From the NCBI RefSeq assembly GCF_035084215.1, contig NC_090350.1, positions 26,970,001-27,034,000 of the forward strand: DNA of 64,000 bases, in the 5' to 3' direction. Numbering within the stretch: the stretch's first letter is position 1; every line of letters begins with the position of its first letter. The position numbers and the translations under genes were made by a program. The notes under the pieces were generated by a model that ran no database searches, was not told the origin of the DNA, and worked only from the letters and a program-made list of their open reading frames with translations. Positions 40,338-53,478 of the stretch are shown here, one piece after another. The stretch is from Heptranchias perlo (taxonomy: Eukaryota).

Positions 40338-41366
40338 TTAAATAGTGGGGTTACATTTGCCACCGTCCAATCTGCAGGATCTGTTCCATAATCTATAGAA
40401 TTTTGGAAGATGACAACTAATGCATCCACTATTTCCAATGGCTACCTCTTTTAGTACTCTGGGATGCAGATTATCAGGCCCTGGGGATTTATCGGCTTTC
40501 AGTTCTGTTAATTTCCCCAGCATTTTTTTACTAATACTAATTTCCTTTAATTCCTCCTTCTCACTAGTCCTTGGTTCCATAGCATTTTTGGGAAGTTATT
40601 TGTGTCCTCTTCCATGAAGACAGAACCAAAATATTTGTTCCCCATTATAAATTCTCCCATTTCTGACTGTAAGGGACCTACATTTGTCTTCACTAATCTT
40701 TTTCTTTTTACATACTAGTAGAAGCTTTTACAGTCCACTTTTATGTTCCTTGCAAGTTTACTCTCATACTCTATTTTTCCCCTCTTAATCAATCTCTTGG
40801 TCCTTTTTTGCTGAAGTCTAAACTGCTCCCAATCCTCAGGCTTGCTACTTTTTCTGGCAACTTTATATGACTCCTCTTTGGATCTAATATTATCCTTAAT
40901 TTCTTTTGTTAGCCATGGTTGGGCCGCTTTTCCTTTTGTGTTTTTGTGCCAGAAAAGAATGTATAATTGTTGCAATTCATGCATTCGTTCCTTAAATGTT
41001 AGCCATTGCCTATCCACCGTTATGCCTTTTAATGAAGCTTCCCAATCTATCATAGCCAACTCACTCCTCATACCTTCGTAGTTTCCTTTGTTTAGATTTA
41101 GGACCCTAGTTTCGGATTGGACTACTTCACTTTCCATCTTAATGAAGAATTCTATCATGTTATGGTCACTCTTCCCTAAAGGACCCCGCACAGCAAGATT
41201 ATTAATTAACCCCTTCTCATTGCACAATACCCAATCTAGGATAGCCTGTTCCCTGGTTGGCTCCTCAATGTACTGGTCTGAAAACCCACCTCGAACCACT
41301 CCAGGAATTCATCCTCCACAATATTATTGCTAATTTGGTTTGGCCAGTCTATATGTAGATTAAAGT
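40338..41366 (-). mobile_element. CR1 internal fragment (endonuclease end to RT start)
   Basis: ORF 40715..41299 has PTREQAILD..LGKSDHNMI; ORF 40338..40580 has KSPGPDNLHPRVLKE. Confidence 0.9.
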
Positions 41367-42939
41367 GGAATCCTGTCTGGTTTACTATTTTAATCCTTTT
41401 CCAAGCAGCTTTGTGTTGCTCTTCACATATGCACAGTAGTCAATTTGTCATAGTCACAAAAGGCTTTCCTTTTGTTGCCAGTATATAGGGAATCCAACAG
41501 TCATATTTAAAGGTAAATTTAAGAGAGTGATGCTCTGCAATAATCAGCTCTTCTTTGATGAGAATTCACTAAGCCAATTGTCATTGTTTTGTCATGACCA
41601 GCCATTAGATAGTACATATTTCCCAGAAAGTCTGATTGGATAATTCACATGTCATGAAGTCATGAGTGGGATCTGATGAGTTTTATGATGAGTGGAGATA
41701 TTTTTCTTATCACAGTGCTGGCATGACATCCAATTTCTAATATTTATATTATCGTGAGTAAAATAAATATTTTAATTAATATTTTATGGTTTTTGTAGCC
41801 CTAGGAAATGGGTTAAAACTGGTTTCTGATGAAACTTTGACATTTCGATATCAGTGGAAATATGATTCTTGTCTGTTGTTACTCCACAATGAACTTTTTG
41901 CACAACACCCTGTCAAAAAGGAAGAGTCTGCTTTTTGTTTCTCATTTAGATTTTTATTATTACGTGCCACTACAAAAGAAAGAACAGGCATGTATAAAGC
42001 AACAAAAAAATGGTGGCAGATAGAAAAAGATTAAAATTGAAGATACTATTTATTCATAAAGTACAGAATATCTCTGCAACACCTAACACAAATAATCAGT
42101 CTGCAATTGAAGTTCCATGAAATATGAAGAGTTGTAATATTGGATATTCACCTGTATATTCTATGAGGAGAAGACATTTGTTCAAATCTGTGGTTAGCAT
42201 GGCAGACCAATCTCTCAGAGCATCTCACCAGTATCAGAGGATTACTCTCTTGGCAATCATCACGATCAAAGAGGTTATCATGAAAAACTATTCAGTGAAC
42301 ATTTTTTTTGTTCCAGAAAAAGAGCCCAAAAGTGTGCTACGTTTAACAATGATGGTGCTATGTTTATATATATATATTTGTATACATGAGAAAGAAACTA
42401 AAAACACATTAAAGGAAGACAACAAATATTAATCTTGTAAAATTAGTTTCAATACTTCCCCAAGTTCTGGTATCCATGAGAGCCAGGGAGATTTACTTTA
42501 CAATGCACTTGACATCTCAAATCGGATGTGAAATTCTCCTTGAGCGATAACACAAATGGGCGACAGCTATATAGCGCCTTTATGATAGTTCACGGAAAGA
42601 AAATTGTGCGGAATGTAAAATGGGTTGCTGATTCACTTCCGTATGTTCTATGCTGTCGCCCAAGACAAATTTAACCTCTGTGAAGTTTAGCAGAAAGGAA
42701 AGAAAGTTAATCATGGGGATTGTGTCGGCCTGTGTGAAATAACTGAGGTCAACAACACCTAAAATCTATGCTGTTGGTGTCATAGCATGATTGAAGTCAG
42801 TATTCATCTCACTGGAGAGAAGTTATCAATAAGTTAAAAAGTTTCTGGAGCCTATTTGTTGGAGATAGACTTATGTAATTTCAATCAAAGAATCCTCATA
42901 CAATTTGCTTAAAGTGAGCAGAATGGAACTGAATAATAC

Positions 42940-43230
42940 AGACCAGGAATATCCAAGTTTGATCCCCTGTGCTGAGCTATCTGATGTCAGCCAGGCCAGC
43001 AGTAGGAACACTACAATTGGCCTCATCGCCCTTGCATTCCAAACAAAAAAAAATAAGCTGGGGTTCCCAACTGATCACTGTCCTGTAATATCTACTGGAA
43101 ATGTGCCTGTGTGGAACTTAGGTGAGGATCAACAGTGGTCATTTGGGCAAGATGCAAGTGATGGCTGGAGCCCAAAGAATTGTACCCCAGCTTGAGTCCA
43201 TGTTTTCTGGAGAGGAAGGGAGAAATTGGT
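42940..43230 (+). mobile_element. Old SINE-like interspersed repeat
   Basis: gtttgatcccctgtgctgag...ctacaattggcctc...gggttccc..ctgatcact motif series. Confidence 0.5.
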
Positions 43231-43324
43231 AGCAGAAAAATCAACAGTACACAGAAACAGTATCCTCTTAAACTTGATGGTAAATTTTACAGGATTAATT
43301 AATGAACAGTGTTTACAACAACAA

Positions 43325-44725
43325 ATCCATGAACTCCTTGCACATGTTGTCAGAGATGAAGGTGGAGAGCGCAAGAAAGAGAGGTTTAAGTGATGGTGTG
43401 TAGTGGAGAAAAGAAGCTGGGGGTTATCTTTGCATTCCAGGATGATCCTGAAGTAGAGAGCAGTTTTGGCAGAGGAGAGCAGAGACCGATAGTGCTTGAT
43501 GTGGTCCAGCCAGAAACTTGTTCAACCAGTTGTGTGCCATAAATGTTCAAGTCTACTTCCCTTGGAGTTAAGGGATTGAAAATGGGGGCCGTACCAAGGG
43601 GAATGACCAGGGTGGGAGAGAGTATAGTTTTACAGGGAACAAGGCCATCAAAAGTGGAGGTAATGGTGTGATTGAGCACATTGGTAGCTGCAGAAGTGTT
43701 GCGGCAAGTGGAGGACCAAAGTCCAGGCAGTTGGGAGTTTGAAAGTACTGTTGTAAGTGAGTTTTTTTCCAGGGGCAGATGCAGCAGTAAGTGTGGTTGG
43801 ACAGTGAAGGGGGATGTGAGTGCTGAGGTATACAAGGAAGTGATCAGAGATGGCCTTGCCTGTGATTGAGACGATGGGAATAGAGAGGCCATATTAGATA
43901 GGGAGGTCGAGGGGGTGGCCGTGAACATGGGTAGGAGAGTTTATGTGGATGGAGAAGTTAAGGGAGGACATTCTGGAGGGAGATGGGGAAAGGGATGGTG
44001 ATTATTAACCTGCTGGCCTGGGTCAGCAGTGGGCGGGGTGAATGGGACAGGAAGGAGGTTGGCAAGATTAGCTCCCAACGAGCGTGCTGGGTGGGAACGT
44101 TGGCAAGAGAGTAGGATGGGACAATTGGGGTTGCTGCTCATAAGGAGTTAGCAACGAGTGCCTCAGTGGTCCCTTCAGAGAATGCCGAGAGGGGCACAGT
44201 GGGAAGCTTATCCAAGAGGGAGTCAAGCCTGGGTTGGTGGCAGGAGAGTAGGAAAGTCGAGGAGTAGTGAAGGGTTGGGGCAGGGATTTGTGGAGGCAAA
44301 GTACCCATGAGGAGGCATGACTGGGTAACAGGAAAGCAAGGAGACAGCAGACAAGGGCCTGAGAGGAGTAAAGAGAAGAGAAAGAAAAGGCAGATAGAAG
44401 TAATGGGCTTAGGTCTGGGGCGGCAGCCAAAATGCGCACGCAAAGGGACACAGGTTGCATAGGTATGGCACAGATTAGGATAGATATGTCCTGGTAGTAA
44501 ATGGGAAGGAGACCACAAGAGAGAGTCCAAAATTAAAGTCAGATGTCGCTTGGTGAGATGAAGTTCACTTGTAGATTGGGTGAAGTCAGCTTGGAGCATC
44601 GACGAATTGATTAGCGACAGGAGACAGGTGTGGAGGGCAAGTGAGTACAGGAGCTATTTGAAGGGTAGAGTATCAGTGTGAACATTGCTAGAGGTATTTC
44701 TGTGGAAAACAGAGAGCCAAGGAGG
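43325..44725 (-). mobile_element. Degraded L2-like LINE internal fragment
   Basis: Shares WTTSSTI...NAKITP.FFSPL with 20823..21077; purine-rich plus strand. Confidence 0.6.
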
Positions 44726-44815
44726 TGTGGAGAATCGAGCATGAGCAAACATTTAAATGTTTACAACATTTTAAAATTACTGCTCATTTGAGAAAGAAAG
44801 CAGATCAACAAAATC

Positions 44816-44919
44816 TTAATAAAACTTCACAGGGAAGTCTGCCATCCTTTCCTGGTAGATGGAATCAAACCATTCATTCTGAGACACTAGAAAGTAATTC
44901 TTCCAGTCTCCAACAACCC
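44816..44919 (-). CDS. Sulfotransferase last coding exon (GVVGDWKNYFLVSQNEWFDSIYQERMADFPVKFY*)
   Basis: TAG acceptor at 44922-44920; completes the RKGxxGDWK motif; TAA stop at 44818-44816. Confidence 0.93.
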
Positions 44920-45075
44920 CTAAAAATTAAATAATCCCAGATTTAAACTTCAAATAAAAATTACAATATAATATCACATCAATTTAGAATTTGTAACAGA
45001 TTAACAATTCCTAATATTATACATGTAGAATAATGCACATCAGTACAATACTGAACCTGGATCAAAAACACAGAT

Positions 45076-45235
45076 AGGATGATTCTGTGATCCAACAATC
45101 CCAATGGGGAGTGTTGATCATCGGAAATGTATCTTGGGAAAGCACAAAATCATGGCCCGTGTACCAGCGATTTTCTGAGATGCACTCCCTGTGGGCAGTC
45201 CTGCTGCAGGGAGCACTGGATTGTAGAATCACCCC
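45076..45235. mobile_element. Small MITE-like element
   Basis: Imperfect TIRs ggatgattctgtgatcca / tggattgtagaatcacccc. Confidence 0.5.
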
Positions 45236-45644
45236 TAGAGTGTGCAAATAAAAGTCCACTATACAACCATTCCTGCATCACTCAAAGCATTCTACAGTAA
45301 CACTTACATTATTTTCCATTTAAGCAATAAGATGTTATAATTTAAAATCAATAAGCTTTGATGTAATTTAAGCAATAAGCTTTGATGTTGTAAATACATC
45401 CAACAGTATTTCTCAATTTTGGGGCAGAATCTATCCCAATGGAAACTAATTTCAGATAATTTTGCTGGTAGCTACAAACAGTTAATGGTGAGAGTGCTCA
45501 ATCACAACCAAATTATTTCTATATGCTTCCTTTTGATTTTAAGCCGGTAAGAATAAGGACTGAAACAGAGACCAATCTATTAAACGAATTAAGGCTGATT
45601 TGATACTGACCTAGTCCTTTCCTGTGACCAGTAGCATTACTCAC

Positions 45645-45822
45645 CTTTTCTATAAAAAGAGCCACAGTCAGTATTGAACATCTGCAATGCATCTTGATAG
45701 TTGGATGCAGGGTTTTCTTTCATAAACTTAAAGGTGCAGTGGTCCATAATTGACTCCAAGGTCTTTCCATCCAACTTTTTATTAAGAAAAATTGCAACTT
45801 TTTCTATCATACTCCTGAGATC
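45645..45822 (-). CDS. Sulfotransferase exon 5 (DLRSMIEKVAIFLNKKL...CGSFYRK)
   Basis: 178 nt within ORF 45637..45936; AAG acceptor; GTGAGT donor. Confidence 0.93.
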
Positions 45823-46073
45823 CTTTAACAAATTAAAATTATGGTTAGTTTCCTCAATTATAAATCCAAAATATAGTTCATTTTTAACACACATTAACCT
45901 GGCTCGCATTCTCCTACTATCAGAATATATACTCAACCACTAGCAAAGCATAACAGCATAATCTTGAATAAAGATGATAAAATTGTCTGTACTCTGCCTC
46001 ACAATTGTTGGAAGTCAAAGTTTTTTTCGATATAGCTGCTAACACTTAAGTAATAATTGATAGCCATTGTGTC

Positions 46074-46491
46074 TACTTTGGTTCAGCAGCACTCTCACCT
46101 CTGAGTTGGGCAGTCGTGGGTTCAAGTCCCACTCCAGAGACTAGAGCACACAATCTAAGCTGACACTTCAGTGCAGTTGGCTGCAGGGTTGGAAATGCCA
46201 TCTTTTGGATGAGACATTACACTGAGGCCCTGCCTCTCCCTTCGGTTGACATAAAAGATCCATGAAACTATTTGAAGACAAGCAGAGGAATTCTCCTGGT
46301 ATCCCTCAACTAGCATCTTTGAAAAAGCAGATTACCTGGTCATTTATCTCAGTGCTGTTTGTGGAACTTTGCTGTGCACAAATTGGCTGCTGCATTTCCC
46401 TACGTTACAACAGTGACAACATTTCAAAAAATAATACTTTGTTGGCTGTGAACTATTTTGGAACGTCCTGAGGTCATGTAAGTTCTTTCTT
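46074..46491 (+). mobile_element. DeuSINE/SacSINE1-like SINE
   Basis: B-box gggttcaagtcc; core shared with the 21-23 kb and 63 kb copies. Confidence 0.8.
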
Positions 46492-47392
46492 ACCTGCTCA
46501 AGAGAAAGATGCAGACGGTCACATGGTACACACCTTAGTTGGGGGTAGTGTGAACTTTTTACTGGGCACAGCTGCTTTAGCTAGGTGATGGACCAGCCAG
46601 TGGTAAAGCTTGTGCACTGTGTCCAGCAATGGTCATGTGACAGAGTTCATGGTGCAAGGTGGTTTTGCCAATACAGACAATTCGATACTAGCCAGGCTGA
46701 ACCCGCAAACTTCGCAAGATGCCAGATACTTCATTCTTAATTTTTTTTATTGAATTATCAAGTGTTACAGTTAAAAATATTGGTGAATCACTTGTACCTA
46801 TTAATTGCACAAAGCTGGTAGGATAAGCACTTAAATGACTGTTTCCCCGCATCTCCATAGTCCCACTGACCATTCTGGTAGTGGGACCCAGATTAGTCAG
46901 AAATTGTCCTCATCTTGGCTGAAAAGCAGCTTGAAGGACCCGTTTTCCAGCCAATCAAGGCTCAGGACTTGAAAAATTGACCTGGCCCTGACTACAATGA
47001 GAACAGGTCAAGTTTGAGCATAGAATCATAGATGATTGAAGCAAAGAGGAAGGCCATTTGGCCCATTGTGTCTGTACTGGTTCTTTGCTAGAGTCATTCA
47101 AAACTAATCCTGCTGCCCCACACTCTCCCCATAGCCTTGAATCTTCCTCTGCTTCAAATATTTATCCAATTTTCCCTTAAAAGATGCAATGATCTCTGCC
47201 TTAACCATTTCCTGTAGCAAAGCATTCCATGCTCCAGCTCTGTGTAGAGAAATTTCTCCTTCTGTCGTTGTGACTATTTTACGTTGATGACCCCTCATCA
47301 CTGATTACGCAAACAAAAAAAATAGCCTTTATTCACCCTATAAAAACTCTTCATCATTTTAAATAACCTCTATTCAGTCTCTTCTTAGACTT

Positions 47393-49715
47393 AAATAAAA
47401 ATAGAAAATGCTGGAGAAGCTCAGCAAGTCAGGCAGCATCTGTGGAGAAAGAAATAGAGTTAACGTTTTAGGTCAAAGACCTTTCGTTAGAACTGGAAGA
47501 TGTTAAGAGAGTTAAAGTTTTTCAGCAAGTACAGAGCCAGGGATAGGGAGGGAAGGAGGGGAGTGGAGGAAAGAACAAAAGGGAAGGTCTGTGATAGGGT
47601 AGAGGGCACGAGTGATTAAATGACAAAGAGGATGATAGTGCAAGGCAAGGAAGGTGGTAATGGGATAGGTTAAGAAACAAAAGATTGATCAGGAGTAGCT
47701 GTAAATGGCAGCAGCAGAACCATTACCAGCACTAGCTGACCAAAAAAATGGGAGCAGTGGTTATGATCTGAAGTTATTGCAATCAATGTTGAGTCCGGAA
47801 GATTGTAAAGTGCCTAATCGAAAGATGAGGTGCTGTTCCTCGAGCTTACGTTGAGCTTCCTTGGAACAGTGTAAGAGGCTGAGGTCAGAGTGGGAGTGGG
47901 AAGGGGAATTAAAATGGCAAGCAACCGACAAGTCAGGGTCACGCTTGTGGACAGAGCGGAGGTGTGCAGCAAAGTGATCACCCAGTCTGCGTTTGGTCCG
48001 TCCAATGTAGAGGAGACCGCATTGTGTGCAGCGGGTACAGTACACTAAATTGAAAGAAATACAAGTAAACCGCTGTTTCACCTGGAAGGAGTGTTTGGTG
48101 CCCTGGATGGTGGCCTACTCCTGCTCCTATCTCTTATGGCCTTATGGAAGGGAGGAGGTGAAGGAGCAGCTGTTGCATCTCCTGCGCTCGCATGGGAAGG
48201 TGCTGTGGGGAGGAGAGCGGGTGTTAGAAGAGTGGACTAGGGTGTCGCAGAGGGAGAGGTCCCTTCGGAATACTGACAGGGGAGAGGAGGGGAAGATGTA
48301 TTTGGTGATGGGATCGTGCCGGAGGTGGCAGAAATGGCGGAGGATGATACGTTGAATGTGGAGGGTGGTGGGGTGGAAGGTAAGGACAAGGGACCCTATC
48401 GTGGTTCTGGGAGGGAAGGGACGGTGTGAGGGCAGAAGTGCAGGAAATAGGACGGACATGGTCGATGGCCCTGTAAACTATAGCGGGTTCCTCGGTTGAG
48501 GAAAAAGGAAGACATATCGAAAGCGGAAGGTGGTATCATCAAAACAGATGCGATGGAGAAGGAGAAACTGGGAGAAGGGAACAGAGTCCTTACAGGAAGC
48601 GAGGTGGGAGGAAGTGTAATCAAGGTAGCAGTGGGAGTCGGTGGGCTTATAATAGATATTGGTTGACAGCCTATTCCCAGAAATGGAGACAGAGAAGTCA
48701 AGGAAGGGAAGAGTCGGAGATGGACCATAGGAGGGCGAGGGAAGGGTGGAAATTGGAAGCAAAGTTGAAGAAATTTTCCAGTTCGGGATGAGAGCAGGAA
48801 ATGGCACCGATACAGTCATCAATGTACTGGAGAAAGAGCTCAGGGAGGGGACCTGAGTAGGACTGGAACAAGGAATGTTCCACGTATCCCACAGAAAGGC
48901 AGGCATAGCAGGGACCCATACGGGTTCCCATAGCGACACCTTTTATTTGGAGGAAGTTAGCGGAGTTGAAGGAAAAGTTGTTCAACATCACAACAAGTTC
49001 AGCCAAACGGAGGAGGGCGGTGATGGATAGGGACTGATTGGGCCTCTGTTCAAGAAAGAAGCGGAGGGCCTGCAGGCCGTCCTGGAGCGCAGTGGAGGTG
49101 TAGAGGGACTGGACGTCCATGATGAAAAGGAGATGGTTAGGGCCGGGGAACTGGAAACTGTTAAAGTGGTGGAGGGCATCAGAAGAGTCGCGGATGTAGG
49201 TTGGAAGAGACTGGACAAAGGGAGAAAAAAAGATTCTAGATGGGAGGAAATAAGTTCCGTGGGGCAAGAACAGGCTAAAACGATGGGTTTCCTACGGCAG
49301 TCCTGTTTGTGGATCTTGATAAGGAGGTAGAAGTGGGGTTGGGGGTCTATGAGGTTGGAGGCCATGGAGGAAAGATCTGCAGAGGAGATGAGGTCAGTGA
49401 CGGTCTGGGAAACTATGGCTTGATGTTCGGATGTGGGGTCGTGGTCCAGCGGGAGGTGGGAGGAGGTGTCGGAGAGTTGGTGTTCAGCCTCCGCAAGATA
49501 GAGGTCTGTTCGCCACACAACAACAGTGCCACCCTTGTCAACAGGTTTAATGACATTGTCAGGGTTGGACCTGAGAGAACGGAGTGCAGCGAGTTCAGAG
49601 GGAGGTAGGTTAGAGTGAAGGGAATAGAGAAATTGAGATGGCCGATGTCACGCCGGCAGTTCACAATGAAAAGATCAAGAGAGGATAAGTTGCCAGAGGG
49701 AGGGGTCCAGGTGGG
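47393..49715 (-). mobile_element. Second, degraded Penelope-like element (different family) in the sulfotransferase intron between exons 4 and 5
   Basis: Frameshifted ORF pieces carry GVAMGTRMGP, YIDD, YYKPTDSH and LVYCTRCTQCGLLYIGRT (GIY-YIG). Perfect 13-bp TSD tcttcttagactt at 47380-47392 and 49716-49728. Confidence 0.9.
47458..47494 (-). ncRNA. Decayed hammerhead motif in the pLTR of the second Penelope element
   Basis: AGUU-CUAACGA-A-AGGUC-uuu-GACCU-AAAA-CGUU-AACU: stems intact, but core G5 and G12 are both changed to A. Confidence 0.65.
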
Positions 49716-50354
49716 TCTTCTTAGACTTCTCATCTCCAGTGGAAATACTTACAGTATCTTGAGCCTCTCCTCATAACTATATGTTCTTATCCCTGGCATC
49801 AACCTGGTGAATATACAATGTATGCTCTCTATGACTTTAATGCCCTTTCTATAATGGGGTGCCCAAAACTGCTCACAGTACTCCAGCTGTGGTCTAACCA
49901 ATGTTTTGTATAAATTCATCATTACTCTTGTACTCTATGCTCCTATATATAAAACCCAAAATTCTACTGGCCGTTTTTACACCAAAATTAAAATGTGACC
50001 ACCCAACAGCTTATCACATCATCAGCCCTTGGAGTGAAATGATGCCCTGATGACATAACATTGATTGTACTCCAAAGACTGAGCACATGCTGAAGGGGCT
50101 CAATGGTTGGAACATATCAAGATGGTATATGTTAGAAGTTTTGTGTCTGCCTTAGATGGTCTCTCATCTACAGTGGTGCTGACTACTCCCATAAGCTGTC
50201 TGAGTGTCTTACATTCAGCAGTGTGCCCAATATCTAGTTATACAATAGTGTAGCCCAGTCGCGTAACAATAGGATTCCCTTGTGATCTGAACTGGATTTC
50301 ATACCTTTCACACATGCTCTCATGTGCGCTTCACCAATCTTTTTGGAGGCAGAT

Positions 50355-50880
50355 TGAGACATACTTGGTAAGACGAGACCAGATACGAATTGTTAAGCTG
50401 TTTATTTCACAGCAAGTGAACATACAGAGTTAGAGTTAAAGCAAATTCCACTTACTTAACTCAATCTCACTTTTCAAAAACATGAGAAAAAAATAATAAA
50501 CTATGTACCTCGTCCCTTTCATGGGTTGACTTACATGTTTTTGGAAGACTACTTTCTTTCATCTACATCTAACTGCAAAGGCTGACCTCTACAGTTTAGC
50601 TTCCAACTCCGAGCTCAAGCTCACAGTCTTTTGTTTAAAACCAACGCCTCCCTCTTTGGGATGTGGGTTTAAAGAGACATCTCCTGCTATTCTCAAAATG
50701 GGGGCCATCCTGGCTAACGGGCCTGGGTTGAGATAACTGACCCTTATTGAACCAATTAGGAAAAGACTGTAACCTGTGCCGTTGTAACAAACTGGCCCAT
50801 CTGGCTTTAATACACATTTTCAATGCTTGCAGTTTGTGACTTTTTTTTAAATGTACAAATTCACTTTGTTTTAAAACACA
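50355..50880 (-). mobile_element. Possible solo LTR
   Basis: TG...CA-type ends, minus-strand AATAAA at 50406-50401, CCAAT-like box; no clean TSD. Confidence 0.3.
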
Positions 50881-50887
50881 AGACTTA

Positions 50888-51196
50888 GGGGTCAATTTTA
50901 ACACTATCCGCCCGACCGAAACTGGGCGAGTGGGCAGTTAAAAACAAGCAGGTTACTTACTCGATCAGAACTCGACCCTTTCCTGCCATTTCCAATTTCA
51001 ACCGGCAGGGCTCTGCAGACGGATGAGGCACCCACCTAACGCATGTATTTATGCATCTCATGTATTTATGCATATCAGGCTCCTAGCACGTCAACAAGGC
51101 CCCTATGGAATTTTAACTGGGTTAGGCCAGCGAGTGTATTTTGCAGTTGTCCCACCTCCACCCACCCAAAACCCACTCCAGGTTCAAATTGATCTC
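50888..51196. mobile_element. MITE (PIF/Harbinger-like)
   Basis: TIRs ggggtcaattttaac / gttcaaattgatctc; TTA TSD on both sides. Confidence 0.72.
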
Positions 51197-51666
51197 TTAG
51201 AATTAACTCAATCCTAAAATCCTTTTTGTGAAGAAAATAATGATGAAATGTGACAGTAAATGTACTCAGATCTGACTGTTCTCAATTGAGACTGAACATA
51301 CAATTTTCAGCCAAGCAAAATACTAAATTTAATATATGACAGAAGAACATTGATATATAACAATATTCTAAAAATTGCCTGTATTTCAGTCATACATCTG
51401 GGCCAATAGATGGAACCTTTATTAGTGACAGACTGCTTCACCTCAGTAGTAAAGAGGACAACAGAACCACACTTTGTCTCAAGCAAAACATGTGATTCAG
51501 ACCATGCTGCTGAGGAGGAGATGTGGTGGTAGTTAAACAGCAGTCAGATTGAATGGAGACAAAATGGAGCAAAATGAAAAAGAGTGAAACAAAAAAGAAA
51601 AGATGGAAGCAAATCTCAGAACATGAAAGTGATTCAGAAAAAAATGTAACAATCAGAGGAAACAAT

Positions 51667-51852
51667 GGGGGTGAAATTGGACTTCGGCGTTAGTGTAAAA
51701 TGGGCAATAGCAAATTGGCACCCTATTTTATACCCGCCCGATTTTTCTTTCCCATTGACTTCAATGGAAAATAAAATCAGGCAGGGAGTAAAACAAGCTT
51801 CGGATTCGCTATCACCCGTTTTGTGCAATCACCTAAGTCCAATTTCATCCCC
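51667..51852. mobile_element. MITE (PIF/Harbinger-like)
   Basis: TIRs gggggtgaaattggactt / aagtccaatttcatcccc; AAT on both sides. Confidence 0.78.
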
Positions 51853-52009
51853 AATATATTTTAACACTTAAACTTTTGGTTTGAAGAACCAAATTAGGCA
51901 TCATTACAATTCAGAAGATTTAACTATATTCTCCTTGCTGTAGCAGTATCTGGTATGCATAATTCATGATCTATTCAAACATCTTTAGTTATATATAAAT
52001 ATCACTTAC

Positions 52010-52104
52010 TTTCTGCATGTCCTCGTATGTCACAAACATCATGTTAAGTTCATCCTTGTGGCTATACCATTCTCTGATGTGGTCAAACCAAGATCCATAA
52101 AACA
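52010..52104 (-). CDS. Sulfotransferase exon 4 (VFYGSWFDHIREWYSHKDELNMMFVTYEDMQK)
   Basis: 95 nt, the canonical SULT exon length; GTAAGT donor. Confidence 0.95.
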
Positions 52105-52488
52105 CTTAAAAGATAAATTAAGTATGGTGAATTAAGAATACTGCAGAGCACTTTTAATGCAAAGAAGCATAATTTCTGACTACCCACATTTATTCTGATC
52201 CATACCCACTTCAAATTTTGATGCAGCTAGTCTTCTAAAAAAATTGTAAGCATACACGTACAAAAGACAAAATGGCTGTCTATTTGTGCATAATGTAATT
52301 TTTCCAAATCCATTTGCACATAAATGGACAGTGCCCACCATACATTTGATTTACCAAGTGCCCCATAGCACACCACAAAGATGCTGAAAATTTCTATGAC
52401 CATTGAAATGTAGGCTGCAAACTGTACACCTGTACATTGATATTTTGTTGCACATGCAACCTTTATGTCAGTGCAACATTGAACAGCA

Positions 52489-52897
52489 GGGGTAATTTTA
52501 ACCCCCAAGAACGGGTAGGTTGGGGGCAGGTAGGCAGTAAAAATAGTTTGTTGTTGGAGCGGGACCGCATCCCGGCTCCAACGCGCTCACCTCCAGGTTT
52601 AACCCAGGTGCATTTGGATGCGTGTGCAACAGAAACCTGGAAGTCCCGTGCCCACTTAAAGCCAACGGGTCGATATTTAAAGGGGCAATATTGCGATAGT
52701 TGAGGCACTAAATTTTTTGTGAATTAGAAATGTCAAACAAATTTAACCTTACCTGTTTGGGTTTCCCATCACTTCTGATTCACGTCAGGTGAAAGCAGGC
52801 AAGAAGGGCCGGACCCATGAGGCGAGTGCCTTTATTGGACTGCTTGTGGTCCAGGAGGAGCAGGAGTGCTTCATCCAGGCCCAACAAGCTCACCTGG
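52489..52897. mobile_element. Partial MITE related to 7806-8510
   Basis: Starts ggggtaattttaac; shares ggaggagcaggagtgct. Confidence 0.55.
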
Positions 52898-53351
52898 CAT
52901 GATTGGAAGTTATGGTGGCTTAGTTGTAGGTTATATTTATGCCTTCTGCTGATGTCAAAAGGATTATTGATCCAAGATGAGGGCAATTCTAAGTATAGTG
53001 GTAAAGGTGTACCAGTGCTCCCTAGTGATATTGTGGAGATATATTTATGATACCTGATGGTTTGGAGAAGCCTCAATACTAGTCTGCAATTCAGTACCCA
53101 CATTTTAGGAGCTCCCATGCAAAGCTCTAAAGCATAAATATTTATCTTTACTACAGAGAGATATAAAACCTCACTAAAAATGTTCAATATGAGCTTATAT
53201 AAATCCATTAAATATATAGCACTAATGTCTTTTAATTGTCCTGTACATATATAAGATTATTTCCAAAATATAAAGAATCTTAAATGATCTGACAATTTTG
53301 AGCAAAATATCTTTGGTAAGAATTGAGCAAAACTGTTTTAAAAAAAAATAC

Positions 53352-53478
53352 CATTTCCTTCAACAAATTGCTCCAGAAAGTGCTGAAAATCCTTTGGCTT
53401 CTTCAAGAAATTACTGAACTTGTGATAGTGATAGAATGACACAGTCACATCCTTGGGATTTCTGGCAACATAAATGAT
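53352..53478 (-). CDS. Sulfotransferase exon 3 (IIYVARNPKDVTVSFYHYHKFSNFLKKPKDFQHFLEQFVEGN)
   Basis: 127 nt, the canonical SULT exon length; 3'PB motif; AG/GT boundaries. Confidence 0.95.

Larger units (their letters stand above)
47020..49980 (-). mobile_element. Old CR1 3' fragment split by the second Penelope element (47020-47392 plus 49716-49980)
   Basis: catagaatcataga tail; ORF 47104..47301; cagtactccagctgtggtctaacc on the far side of the insertion. Confidence 0.7.

Noticed and set aside
41671-41860. CTGATGA motifs as additional hammerhead cores
   Set aside because: No stem II followed by GAAA and no closing stem I.
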